NCBI RefSeq assembly: GCF_004010195.1
Contig: NC_057718.1
Location: 9,198,700 to 9,246,787 of the forward strand
Direction: 5' to 3'
Source of the DNA: Chiloscyllium plagiosum
Lineage: Eukaryota
DNA: 48,088 nt
Shown here: positions 10,846-22,445 of the stretch, piece by piece
Position numbering within the stretch: position 1 is the first letter of the stretch
How the letters are laid out: every line of letters starts with the position of its first letter
The notes under the pieces: model-generated
The model's input: only the letters and a program-made list of their open reading frames with translations
Databases searched by the model: none
What the model was told of the DNA's origin: nothing
Program-made: the position numbers and the translations under genes

Positions 10846-13498
10846 GTCTGTGATTCACAGCAGGCGACAGGAAGCTAGTATGGGGGAGAGGACCAAGTGC
10901 AGAGAATCGCAGAGACTGGAAAAAAATAAACAAACTGTGATCCAAATGAGTGCAAAGTAAATTGAAGCAATACATCAAAAAAGATTGTGGTGGTTACAGG
11001 GAACTGGAGCTGGAGCTGGATGACTTCGGATCATTGAGACATGGAGGGGGTAATTGAGAGGAGTTACAGGGAGGTAGTCTCACCTCAGATACAGGAGAAA
11101 GGTAGATGGGTTACAGTCAGGGGATGGAAAGGGAACAGGCAGACAGTGCAGGGATCCCCTATGACCGTTCCCCTCAATAATCAGTGTACTGTTTTGAATA
11201 CTGTTGGGGGGATGACCTACCAGAGGGAAACCGCAGCGGCCAGGTCTCAGGCACTGAGCTTGGCTCTGTGGCTCAGAAGGGAAGGGGTGGAGATTAGAAA
11301 AGTGCCAGTGGTAGGAGGCTCAGTAATTACAGGAACAGGCAGGAGATTCTGTGGTCATGAACAGGACTCCTGGAAGGTATGCTGCCTCCCGGGTGCCAGG
11401 GTCCAGGATGGCTCTGATCGAATCTACAGGATTCTGAAGGGGGAGGGGGAGGAGCCAGAAGTCATGGTGCACATTGGCACCAATGACATAGCCAGGAAAA
11501 GGGGTGAGGATCGAAAAAGTGATTTCAGTGAGTTAGGTTAGAAGCTAGGTAGGAAGCAGGACGAGCAGAGTAGTAATTTCAGGATTACCGACAGTGCCAT
11601 GTGCTAGTAAGGCGAGGAACAGGGAGCGAGTGCAGCTAAACACATGGCTACAGGGTTGGTGCAGGAGGAAGGGCTTCAGATACATAAATCATTGGGGTAC
11701 CTTCTGGGGAAGGTGGGACCTGTACATGAAGGATGAGTTGCACTTAAACTGGAGGGGCACCAATGTCCTGGGCGGGAGATTTGCTAGGGCACTTCGGGAG
11801 GGTTTAAACTAGGTTGGCAGGGGAATGGGAACCAGAGCTACAGATCAGAGGATAGAGTAGTTGTTGAATGGGCAGAAATAGAATGCAGAGAGTTTGTCAG
11901 CAAGGATACACAATTGGTAGGCCGAAGGGATGTGGTAAAGTATGCCTGTTTCAATGCAAGGAGTGTCAGGAATAAGAGTGATGAACTTAGAGCATGGATC
12001 AGTACTTGGAACTATGATGTTGTGGCCATAACGGAGACATGGATTTCACAGGGGCAGGAATGGTTGCTGGATGTTCCAGGGTTTAGATCTTTTAAAAAGA
12101 ACAGGGAGAGGGGTAAAAGAGGAGGGGGGTAGCATTGTTAATTAGTGAGTGTATCCACAGCTGCAGTAAAGAAGGTTGTTGAGTAGGGTTTGTCTATTGA
12201 GTCAGTGTGGGTGGAAGTCAGGAACAGGAAAAGAGCAGTCACTTTATTGGGTGTTTTCTATAGACCCCCCAACAGCAGCAGAGAGATTGGACAGCAAATC
12301 TTGGAACTGTGCAGATGTGACAGAGTTGTTGTTATGGCTTCAACTTCTCCAATATTGACTGGAACCTCCTTCGTACACATGGTCTGGATGGAGCCGATTT
12401 TGTTAGGTGTGTCCAGGAAGGATTCCTGACTCAACATGTAGATAGGCCGACTAGGGGGAGGCCATATTGGATTTGGTGCTAGGCAACGAGCCAGGCCAGG
12501 TTTCAGATCTCTCGGTGGAAGAGTATTTCAGTGACAGTGATCGCAACAGCCTCACCTTTATCATAGCCATGGAGAGGGATAGGAACAGACAGAATGAGAA
12601 GGTATTTAATTGGGGGAGGAGAAATTATACAGCTATTAGAGAGGAACTGTGGAGTATGAATTAGGGACAATTGTTCTATGGGAAATGTACAACTGAAATG
12701 AGGAGGCTGTTTAAGAAGAACTTCTTGCGAGTGTTTAATACCTTTGTCCCACTGAGACAGGCAAGGAATGGGAAGGTGAAGGAGCTTTGGATGATAAGAG
12801 AAGAGGAGCTTCTCACCAAGAGGAAGAAGGAAACTTACTTAAGGTTCAGGAAGCAAGGATCTGGCAGAGCCTTAGAGGGTTACAGGGTAGGTAGGAAATA
12901 AACTCAAAAATGGATTGAGGAGAATTAGGAAGGAGCATGAAAATGCCGTGGCAGGAAGGATTAGGGAAAACTCAAAGGCGTTCTTCACTTTCGTGAGGAA
13001 TACGAGAACGATCAAAGAGAGGGTAGGGCTGATCAGAGATAGTGAAGGGAATTTGTGCCTGGAGCCTGCAGAGGTACGGGAGGCCTGAAATGAGTTTTTT
13101 GCTTCAGCATTCACTGGAGAAAGGGACCTTGTTGATAGTGAGACCACCGTGGACCAGGTTAATAGGCCTGAACAGATCGATATTAAGGAAGCAGATGTGC
13201 TGGAAATTCTGGGAAGCATTAAGATAGATAAGTCTCCGGGGCCAGAGCAGATATATCCAAGGTCACGATGGGAGGTGAGGAATGAGATTGCTGAGCCTCT
13301 GGCGAAGATCTTTGCCTCCTCGCTCTCCGCGGGAGTAGCACTGGATGATTGGAGGGAGGCAAAAATGTTGTTCCTCTGTCAAGACTGGAATAGGTAAATC
13401 CCTCGGAATTCCAGACCAGTCAGTCTTATGTCTGGGGTAAGTAAGGTACCTGGAGAGAATTCTGAGAAATAGGATTTATGATTATTTGGAAAAGCATT

Positions 13499-14843
13499 AA
13501 ACATAGAACCTAGAAAAATACAGCGCAGTACAGGCCCTTTGGCCCTCGATGTTGCGCCGATCCAAGCCCACCTAACTTACACTAGCCCACTATCCTCCAT
13601 ATGCCTATCCAATGCCCGTTTAAATGCCCATAAAGAGGGAGAGTCCACCACTGCTATTGGCAGGGCATTCCATGAACTCACGACTCGCTGAGTAAAGAAT
13701 CTACCCCTAACATCTGTCCTATACCGACCACCCTTTAATTTAAAGCTTGTAATAGCTGACTCCATACGTGGAAAAAGGTTCTCATGGTCAACCCTATCTA
13801 AACCCTTAATCATCTTGTACACCTTTATCAAGTCACCCCTAAACCTTCTTTTCTCCAATGAAAACAACCCCAAGTGCCTCAGCCTTTCCTCATACGATCT
13901 TCTTACCATACCAACATCCTGGTAAACCTCCTCTGCACCCGTTCCAGTGCCTCCACATCCTTCCTATAGTATGGCGACCAAAACTGCACACAATACTCCA
14001 GATGTGGCCGCACCAGAGTCTTATACAACTGTAACATGACCTCAGGACTCTGCACCACTGATAGTCTGATCACATGTCAGGGTAGCAAGAATGGGGCCAT
14101 TCCCCTGGGTCCTGCTCCCAGAGGGATGAAGCTGCTAATGATAGATTAATTCCTCACACCCACAGCCTCCTTCCCAGGCACTGACCTAGACTGCACATAC
14201 TCCCACAGTTGCCAGCACTGCGACCGTGCACTGGTCTCCCTCCTACAGCACGTGCTCCCGATCATACAGGAGTCCAGGAGATTGACAGCAGCTGCTGCCC
14301 AATATATCAGAATCCCTACAGTATGGAAANNNNNNNNNNNNNNNNNNNNNNNNNNNNNNNNNNNNNNNNNNNNNNNNNNNNNNNNNNNNNNNNNNNNNNN
14401 NNNNNNNNNNNNNNNNNNNNNNNNNNNNNNNNNNNNNNNNNNNNNNNNNNNNNNNNNNNNNNNNNNNNNNNNNNNNNNNNNNNNNNNNNNNNNNNNNNNN
14501 NNNNNNNNNNNNNNNNNNNNNNNNNNNNNNNNNNNNNNNNNNNNNNNNNNNNNNNNNNNNNNNNNNNNNNNNNNNNNNNNNNNNNNNNNNNNNNNNNNNN
14601 NNNNNNNNNNNNNNNNNNNNNNNNNNNNNNNNNNNNNNNNNNNNNNNNNNNNNNNNNNNNNNNNNNNNNNNNNNNNNNNNNNNNNNNNNNNNNNNCTTGC
14701 TTCCCAGAGAATCCTAGGATAAATGCCATCAGGTCCAGGGGACTTATCTATTTTCACCCTTTCCAGAATTTCCAACACCTCTTCCCTACATACCTCAAAG
14801 CCGTCCATTCTAATTAATTGTGACTCAATATTCACATCGGCAA
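13499..14843 (-). mobile_element. CR1 (third subfamily) inserted antisense in the 10990 element; spans the N-gap
   Basis: ATAGAAC tail at ~13500; RRFRGDLI ORF at 13577-13909; KSPGPDGIYPRILWEA at 14696-14843. Continuity across the gap is assumed. Confidence 0.75.
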
Positions 14844-14985
14844 AATAGTCAGCATGGCTTTGTGAGGGGCAGGTCATGCCTCACAAGCCTTATTGAGTTC
14901 TTTGAGGAGGTGACGAGACAAATTGATGAAGGTCAAGCAATGGATGTGGTGTATATGGATTTCAGTAAGGCACTTGATAAGGTTC

Positions 14986-15106
14986 GAGGAGAAAGTGAGG
15001 TCTGCAGATGCTGGAGATCAGAACTGAAAATGTGTTGCTGGAAAAGCTCAGGCAGCATCCAGGGAACAGGAGAATCGATGTTTCGGGCATAAGCCCTTCT
15101 TCAGGA
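14986..15106 (-). mobile_element. Single-arm PLE-terminus insertion (family A) with hammerhead motif
   Basis: 9-bp TSD ATAAGGTTC (14977-14985, 15107-15115); minus strand reads CTGAAGA-A-GGGC(TTAT)GCCC-GAAACATC. Confidence 0.88.
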
Positions 15107-15468
15107 ATAAGGTTCCCCATGGTAGGCTCATTCAGAAAATTAGGAGGCATGGGATACAGGGAAATATGGCGTCTGGATACAGAATTGGATGGCCGAAAGA
15201 ATACAGCAAGTGGTAATGGATGGAAAGTATTTCACCTGAGGTCGGTGACCAGTGGTGTCCACTGGGGTCTGTTCTTGGGCCTCTGCTCTTTGTAGTTTTT
15301 ATAAATGACTTGGATGAAGAAGTGGAAGGGTGGGTTAGTAAGTTTGCCAATGACACAAAGATTGATGGTGTTGTAAATAGTGTTGAGGGATGTTGCAGGC
15401 TACAACAAGACATTGACAGGCTGCAGGGCTGGGCTGAGAAGTGGCAGATGGAGTTCAAACTGGACAAG

Positions 15469-16210
15469 CAAATCTTAGCAGGACTTATACACTTAATGGT
15501 AAGGTCCACAGGAGTGTTGTTGAACAAAGAGACTTTGGAGTGCAAGTTCATAGCTCCGTGAAAGTGGAGTCGCAGGTAGATAGGATAGTGAAGAAGGTGT
15601 TTGGTATGCATTCATTCATTGGTCAGAGTATTGAGTACAGGAGTTGGGAGGTCATGTTGCGGCTGTACAAGACATTGGTTAGGCCATTGTTGGAATATTG
15701 CATGCAATTCTGGTCTCCTTCCTATCGGAAACTTGAAAGGGCTCAGAAAAGATTTACAAGGATGTTGCCTAGTTGGAGGGTTTGAGCTATAGGGAGAGGT
15801 TGAATAGGCTGACGCTGTTTTCCCTGGAGCGTCGGATGCTGAGGGGTGACCTTATAGAGGTTTATAAAATCATGAGGAGCATGGATAGGAGTGAGGGTGA
15901 GAGAGTCCACAACTAGAGGGCATAGGTTTAGGGTGAGAGGGGAAAGATGTAATAGAGACCTAAGTGGTAACTTTTTCACACAGAGGGTGGTACATGTATG
16001 GAATGAGCTGTCAGAGGAAGTGGTGGAGGCTGGTACAATTGCAACATTTAAAAGGCATCTGGATGGGCATATGAATAGGAAGGGTTTGGAGGGGTATGGG
16101 CCAGGTGTGGGCAGGTGGGACCAGATTGGGTTGGAATATCTAGTTGGCATAGACGAGTTGGACTGAAGGGTCTGTTTCCGTGCTGTACATCTCTATGACT
16201 CTATGACTCT
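15469..16210 (+). mobile_element. 5'-truncated CR1 nested in CR1
   Basis: Same subfamily as 2183-6157; ends CTCTATGACTCTATGACTCT; the host RT resumes at 16211. Confidence 0.9.
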
Positions 16211-16764
16211 AAATGTGAAGTGATTCATTTTGGAAGGTCGAACTTGAATACTGAACACAGGGTTAAGGGCAGGATTTTTGGCAGTGTGGAGGAACAGAGG
16301 GATCTTGGGGTCCATGTACATAGATCCCACAAAGTTGCTGCACAAGTTGATAGAGTTGTTAAGAAGGCTATGGTGCTTTGGCTTTCGTTAACAGGGAGAT
16401 TGAGTTTAAGAGCTTTGAGGTTTTGCTGCAGCTCTATAAAACCCTGGTTAGACCACACTTGGAATATTGTTCCCAGTTCTGTCGCCTCATTATAGGAATG
16501 ATGTAGCTGCTTTAGAGAGGGAGCAGAGGAGATTTACCAGGATGCTGTCTGGATTGAAGGGCTTGTCTTATGAAGAGAGGTTGAGTGAGCTTGGACTTTT
16601 CACACTGGAGAGAAGGAAGAGAGGTGACTTGATAGAGGTGTACAAGGTAATGAGAGGCACAGAGAGAGTAGATAGCCAGAGACCTTTCCCCAGGGCAGAA
16701 ATGGCTGTCACGAGGAGTCGTAATTTTAAGATGACTGGAGGACTGTGTAGGGGAGATGTTAGAG

Positions 16765-16857
16765 TCAAAGAGTGGGCGCTGAAAAAGCACAGCCGGTCAG
16801 GCAGCATTCGAGGAGCAGGAGAGTCGATGTTTCGAGCATAAGCTCTTCACCAGGAAT
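16765..16857 (-). mobile_element. Single-arm PLE-terminus insertion with degenerate hammerhead
   Basis: Imperfect TSD GGGGAGATGTTAGAG (16750-16764) / GGGGAAATGTGAGAG (16858-16872); ends CAGGAAT like the other family A copies. Confidence 0.75.
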
Positions 16858-17694
16858 GGGGAAATGTGAGAGGTAGGTTTTTTACGCATGGAATGCACTG
16901 CCAGCAATGATATGAGAGTCAGAGATATTAGGGACATTTGAACGACAGCTGGGCAAGCACATGGGCGGCAGTAAGGTAGGTTGATGTGTAGGTTAGGTTG
17001 ATCTTAGATTAAGATAAATGTTTGGCACAACATCATGGGCCAAAGGGCCTGTTCTGTGCTACGTTCTATGTTCTATTATTAGTAGTTAGTACAATGAAGG
17101 GTATGTAGATTAGACTGATAGGATAAAAGCCGGCACAACACTGAGGGCCAAAGGGCCTGTACTGTGCTGTACTGTTCCATGTTCTGTTATATTACCATCT
17201 CATTCAGACAGATCATCCTCCCTACCCTCAATTCCCTTCCTGACTAAAAACCTGTCTCCCTCAGCTTTGAAGATACTTAATGATACAGCTTATGGTAAAG
17301 AATTCCAGAGATACACAACCACCTGAGGGAAGAAATGTCTCCTCATCTCTGTCTGAAATGGGTAACCTTTCATTATCAGGTTCTGCCCTTCAGTCCTCAA
17401 CTCTCCCATAAAGGGAAACACTCCTTCAACATCTACCCTGCCAAGTGTTCCCCGACATGCTGCACTAGGAACTCCATGTCAAAAGCTGAAAAAGCAACCC
17501 TGGTGCTATCTAGATGCAAGAATGGACACACCACCCATCTTTCTATCACAAGCCTCCCCTCAGTTCGTATCAAGAGTGTTGCAAGCTCAAGTTGTTGTTG
17601 CATTGGTGAGTGTGAACTCTCCAGGACGTTGCGGTTTCTGAAATGGCATTCTGGAGTCCCTGAGATGGCTGGGCTAAGCAGGATCTCTAACAGG

Positions 17695-17890
17695 GCGGAG
17701 GTGGGTACTGCAGATGCTGGAGATTAGAGTCAAGATTAGAGTGGTGTTGGAAAAGCACAGCAGGCCAAGCAGCATCCAAGGAGCTGGAAAGTTCCTGATG
17801 AAGGGCTGTTGCCCGAAATGTCGATTTTCCTTCTCCTTGGATGCTGCCTGACCTGCTGTGCTTTTGCAGCACCACTCTGATCTTGACTCT
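17695..17890. mobile_element. PLE-terminus hairpin insertion (family A variant) with hammerhead motif at 17791-17826 (+)
   Basis: 13-bp TSD GATCTCTAACAGG (17682-17694, 17891-17903); CTGATGA-A-GGGC(TGTT)GCCC-GAAATGTC. Confidence 0.88.
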
Positions 17891-18516
17891 GATCTCTAAC
17901 AGGCTGAGTTCTGAGGCGCATGCAATTGAGCCAAGGAACTCCCGCAGCAAGAGACTTCCAGTCTCGCATTCCCAGATTTACAACGTACACAGCGTCCAGT
18001 ACGTTGGCAAGACAACCAAAAGTCACCTTGACAGAGACGTTCTTTTTCCTTTTTTGTTTTGTAAATTGTTCTGGTACTCCGTGTTGAGGGACTGCGATAA
18101 ATCATGAATGGTTCATAAACATCCCAGCGAAAATCACCTTCGGGCCAGGCCAGGAATGTGTTCCCCTCAGAGCTGAAGAAAGGCAAGGCATGACTTTAAA
18201 CTAGAGTTGGTAACAGAGCCCACCTTGTAAGACCCCTCCACTAGATTGCTTGTGAGCCAATGTCGCTGTCCTCCTGTTTGGGTGAACCAGAGTGGGCTAG
18301 GGGGGAGGGTGAAGGGGATGTGTTTTATGGCCCTCTCCCCTTCTCCGATTGAGAAAACACTGAAGTAGCTTTGTAAACTTTTTGCCAAGTTCTGCTTAAT
18401 TCCTCGATGATCTGACAGAACCCAGAGAGTTTATTTTCTGCGCACAGAACTCTGGGAGACTGATTGAGTTTGTGCTATTGCCCACATAATTAAGTAGACA
18501 CTTCCTTATTCTCTGT

Positions 18517-18838
18517 CATAGAATCCCTGGAGTGTGGAAGTAGGCCATTCAGCCCATCAAGTTCACACAGCATCTAAACAGCATCCCACCAGATCCTCTC
18601 TATCCTTTTATTTCCCATGGCTAACCCAGCTAGCCTGCTCATCCCTGGACACTACTGGCAATTTATCAAGGCCAATCCACCTAACCTGCATATCGCCGGC
18701 CTGTGGGAGGAAACCGAATAAAACCCATGCAGACACGGGGAGAATGTGTAAACTCCACACAGACAGTTGCCCGAGGCTGGAATTGAACCGGGGTCCCTGG
18801 CACTGTGAGGCAGCAGTGAGCCACCACGTTGCCCCACC
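18517..18838 (-). mobile_element. HE1-type SINE
   Basis: Reverse complement of the HE1 head, V-domain and tail. Confidence 0.88.
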
Positions 18839-18879
18839 ATACTACTGTCCTTGGTCAATTTCTTTTTTGTGTGTGGGAT

Positions 18880-19215
18880 GTGGGTGTCACATGGTGCTCT
18901 GCCCTAATTGCCCTTGAACCAAGTGTCACGTTCAACCATTTCAGAGGGCTGTTAAGAGTCAACTGCTTTGCTGTGGATCTGGAGTCATGTGTAGGCCAGA
19001 CCAGGTAAGGATGGCAGATTTTCTTCCCTGAAAAATGTTAGTGAATTCAATGGGTTTTTACAATAATTGATGATAGTTCCATGGTCGCCAACACTGGGAC
19101 TAGCTTCCAAATCCAGTTTTAATTCATTGAATTTGAATCCAACCCAACTATCAAGGCTGGATTTGAACATAAGACCCCAGAGCTTTGGCTGCTCCTTTCG
19201 TGGCATTAATACTCC
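18880..19215 (-). mobile_element. Second SINE-like family copy
   Basis: Shares its core with 8960-9140 and 20985-21250; degenerate tRNA-like B-box near 19160. Confidence 0.6.
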
Positions 19216-19689
19216 AGCACCTGTATCAGCAACCTACCCCACAATACCCACTCCCCAATAAACCTCTCAACAGCAGATTACCAAGTAGTAAAGTCTTGGC
19301 TGTCCGTGGGAGCCAATGTTTCCTATGCTGCAACAGTAGCTGCATTTCACAAGCACCTCATTGTCTGTGAAGTGGTTGGCAACATATGCTGATCATGAAA
19401 GCTGCTATGTAAATGCACACCTTTCCTTCGTACCACTTGTCATACAATCCTCTGCAGTCCCCTTTCTTCTTTTTTGTTGCAACACCTTAGGTTCTGGTCG
19501 ATCATGAGCAAGGAAATCTAGCTCTCAGTTAGCAAAGGGATAGTAGAGAGTTGGGGACGATCCAGAGGAGCATGATTGCAATGATACCGGGGTGAGGGGT
19601 TTCAGTTTTGTGGAGGAGTTCAAGAAACTGACTGTGTCCTTCTTAGAGCAGAGATTTCTCCCCGTCTATAAAGCCTCTGCTTCATTTAA

Positions 19690-20095
19690 TGGGATTATAG
19701 GTCACCCTTTCACTTGTTATTCAGCTGCTGATAATTTACTCACACTGTCTGACACTCTTCATCGCCTGGAGAGAACTATTATTTGGTCTGTCAACACTCT
19801 ACTCACACCATTTGTATGATCGTTTGATCTCTCTGCTTATTGATCTCTCTGCCTATAAATTCTGTCAAAAAAATCACCCCCGGTGTCATGTGAGTTTTGA
19901 CCTTGTCCAACCCAGTCTAACCCCAGCACCTCCACATTATAAATTCTGTGCCTGTATGCTTCTCTCTCATTTCGCCTGATGAAGGAGCAGCGCTCCGAAA
20001 GCTTGTCATTTCAAATCAACCTGTTGGACTATAACCTGGTGTCTGTGATTTCTGACCTTGTCCAAACCAGTCTAACGTCGGAACCTCCACATCAC
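19690..20095 (+). mobile_element. PLE 3' end (family B) with hammerhead at 19973-20006
   Basis: CTGATGA-A-GGAGC(AGC)GCTCC-GAAAGCTT followed by AACCTGTTGGACTATAACCTGGTG, as in the other family B ends. Confidence 0.8.
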
Positions 20096-20184
20096 GTCCA
20101 CTTTAGGATGTGTCTTCAATCTACCCTCTCTGACCAAATGTATGGCTATTTGCCCTTAATATCATTAAATGGCTAACATTATTT

Positions 20185-20620
20185 TATAACACTCCTTTGA
20201 TGTACCTTCAGGGAACATTTATAACATTAAAACTTCAATATAAATATTCATTATTATTCCTCTGAGTTAAAGGTGAGAGTGCTCCCTAACTGAGCCACAG
20301 CTGGATGGCTAGCTCTAGATCTTGGAGGTCACTATCCTTTCCTTCTCCTCCCCAGTAAGACCATAAGGATTTGCTCTAGTGAGCTGTCAACTGGTAATTA
20401 GAATCATGCAACATTTCCCTGTTAAACATGTCCACCAGGTAATCCTGAGATGCGTTTGAACAGACGACACACCCAAACTTCTTCACACCTGTCTAATAGC
20501 CCTGTTGTTAATTTACACAGTTTACTGTGTTAACAGGCCTGACCTTTTTACTTAATCCTTTAATATATATCCCACTTGTTTTACAGCATTAAGGTCATGA
20601 GAAATTAATCAACAGGAAAC
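20185..20620 (+). repeat. Local duplication, copy 1 (paralog at 28767-29016 plus 30474-30670)
   Basis: Colinear similarity across an L2-type tail, a SINE-head remnant and unique sequence, e.g. TTTACTG.GTTAA..GGCCTGACCT...CCACTTGTTTTACAGCA.TAAG.TCAT.AGA. Confidence 0.8.
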
Positions 20621-21441
20621 AGTCAATCAGACAGTAACACGTCGACAGACTCTGTGCAATTACTCTACAATGGGCCCTTAACAACTTAAATGGCTTAACA
20701 TGCAGGTATAGCAGGCAATTAGGAACATCAATAAAGTGTTGGCTATCTATTAACAAAGTGTTTGTTGTATAAAAGTAAGAAATACAATTGTACAGGGCAT
20801 TACAAACATGATCCAGTGGTGCTGTGTCTGTCTACAGATCAGAAGGTGGTTGGGGCACCTATGGTTAGGATTGAGTACAACTATAGGAGCTTTGAAGGTG
20901 TAGTGGTAGTGTCACTATCTCTGAGCTGAGAGACCATGTTCAGCTCCAGAGGGTGTTTTCATTACTGACCAGCGCAGCATATATTATCCATGCCCATTGC
21001 CCAGAGGGCAGTTAAGAGTCAAAACCACTTTGCTGTGGGTCTGGAGTCACATGTAGGCCAGGCCAGACCAGGGAAGGATGGCAGTTTCCTTCCCAAAAGG
21101 GCATTCGTGAATAAGATGTCTATTTTCCAACAGTCAGCAATGGTTTTGTGGTTATCAGTAGATTCTTATTGCCAGATTTCTTTTATTCAATGCAAATTCC
21201 ACCATCTGCCAGAACAGAATTCAAACCCAAGTCAGCAGAATTACCTGTGACCAGTTTAGTTTGGCATTATGTTCGGCATGGACTGGTTGGACCGAAGGAT
21301 CTGTTTCTGTGCTGTATGACTCCATGATTTTTGATTAATAGTCTTTTGATCAAACCACTAGGCCATCACTACCCCAAGCCTGTCTGAACAGGATGGTTAA
21401 AGATCTACAGACCATGGGTCTGGAGAAATCTGGTGAACCAG

Positions 21442-21727
21442 TGGTAACGTGGTGGCTCAGTGGTTAGCACTGCTACCTCGCAGCGTCAGGGTCCCAGGTT
21501 CAATTCCAGGCATGGGGCAATTGTCTATGTGGAGTTTGCACATCCTGCATGGGTTTCCTCCCACAATCCAAAAATGTACAGGTCAGGTGAATTGGTCATG
21601 CTAAACTTCCCATATGGTTAGGTGCATTAGTCAGAGGGAAATGGGTCTGGGTAGATTACTCTTTGGAGGGTCAGTGTGGACTTGTTGGGCCAAAGAGCCT
21701 GTTTCCACACTGCAGAGAATCTAATCT
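21442..21727 (+). mobile_element. HE1-type SINE
   Basis: A/B boxes, partly deleted V-domain, tail. Confidence 0.88.
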
Positions 21728-22042
21728 TTAAAAAAAAATGGCACTGTCTTATATCATAGAAAGCTTGAGGGTAATGTTCTCTATAATGTGGGTCCAAATT
21801 CCCAATAGCAGGTAGCAAACGTTTTGAATTCAATTTTATTTGAAGTTTCAGGAATAACAAAGCTAATGGTGACCATGAGCTGAATGCCATGTTGTGGCAC
21901 AGTGGTATTGTCCCTACCTCTGGGCCAGGAGATCTGGGTTTATGTCTCACCTGCTCCAGAGGTGTGGCATTACATTTCTGAGCAGGTTATTTAGGAAACT
22001 ATTGACAGGGAGGCTGCAGTTTTGATCTGCTTCCCTAAAGAA

Positions 22043-22445
22043 GGTTAAAAATCACACAACACCAGGCTATAGTCCAACGGGCTTCTTTGGAAGTACTAGC
22101 TTTTGGAGCACTGCTTCTTCATCAGCGAGCTACCTGATGAAGGACCACCCCAGTCCAACACTGGCATCTCCCTCGTCATGGCAACTTAAGCAGGACAAAG
22201 CTCACTGGGAAGGAGTATAATGAAGGCTCACTGGACTGATCCTGGGGATCAATGCATTGATTGACAAAGGGCCAGACATTACCTACCCAAAGCCCGGAAG
22301 AACAAGATTTAATTGAAGTGTTTAAGATACTTAAGATAAAACAGGGTGACTGTGCCAGAATAAAGTTAAAAATCACACAACACCAGGTTATCGTCTACCA
22401 GGTTTATTTGGAAGCACTAGCTTTCAGAGCGCGGCTACCAGATTA
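22043..22445 (-). mobile_element. Two short PLE-terminus (family B) insertions, ~22043-22178 and ~22362-22445
   Basis: GTTAAAAATCACACAACACCAGG..CTAGCTTT.(G)GAGC; degenerate hammerhead cores with a short fold-back (CTACCTGATGAAGGA). Confidence 0.75.

Larger units (their letters stand above)
10990..17080 (+). mobile_element. Long CR1 LINE (second subfamily), interrupted by several insertions
   Basis: ORF1 esterase (VCCLPGARV, VHIGTNDI, DELHLNWRG; 11041-11812), APE (FNARS, ITETW; ~11930-12660), RT pieces at ~13150-13497, ~14846-15468 and ~16211-16750, then (TTCTATG)n tail. Confidence 0.9.

Noticed and set aside
14146..14877. Long ORFs of 137-243 aa
   Set aside because: Artefacts of translating through the N-gap.
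3954..17890. Recurrent palindromic repeats as a CRISPR-like array or miRNA cluster
   Set aside because: Copies are dispersed, each has its own TSD, there is no repeat-spacer periodicity, and the context is a eukaryotic TE landscape.
18139..18173. 35-nt minus-strand micro-exon candidate (SEGNTFLAWPE)
   Set aside because: No recognisable homology or compatible partner exon; similar chance candidates occur at 31642-31715 and 36881-36908.
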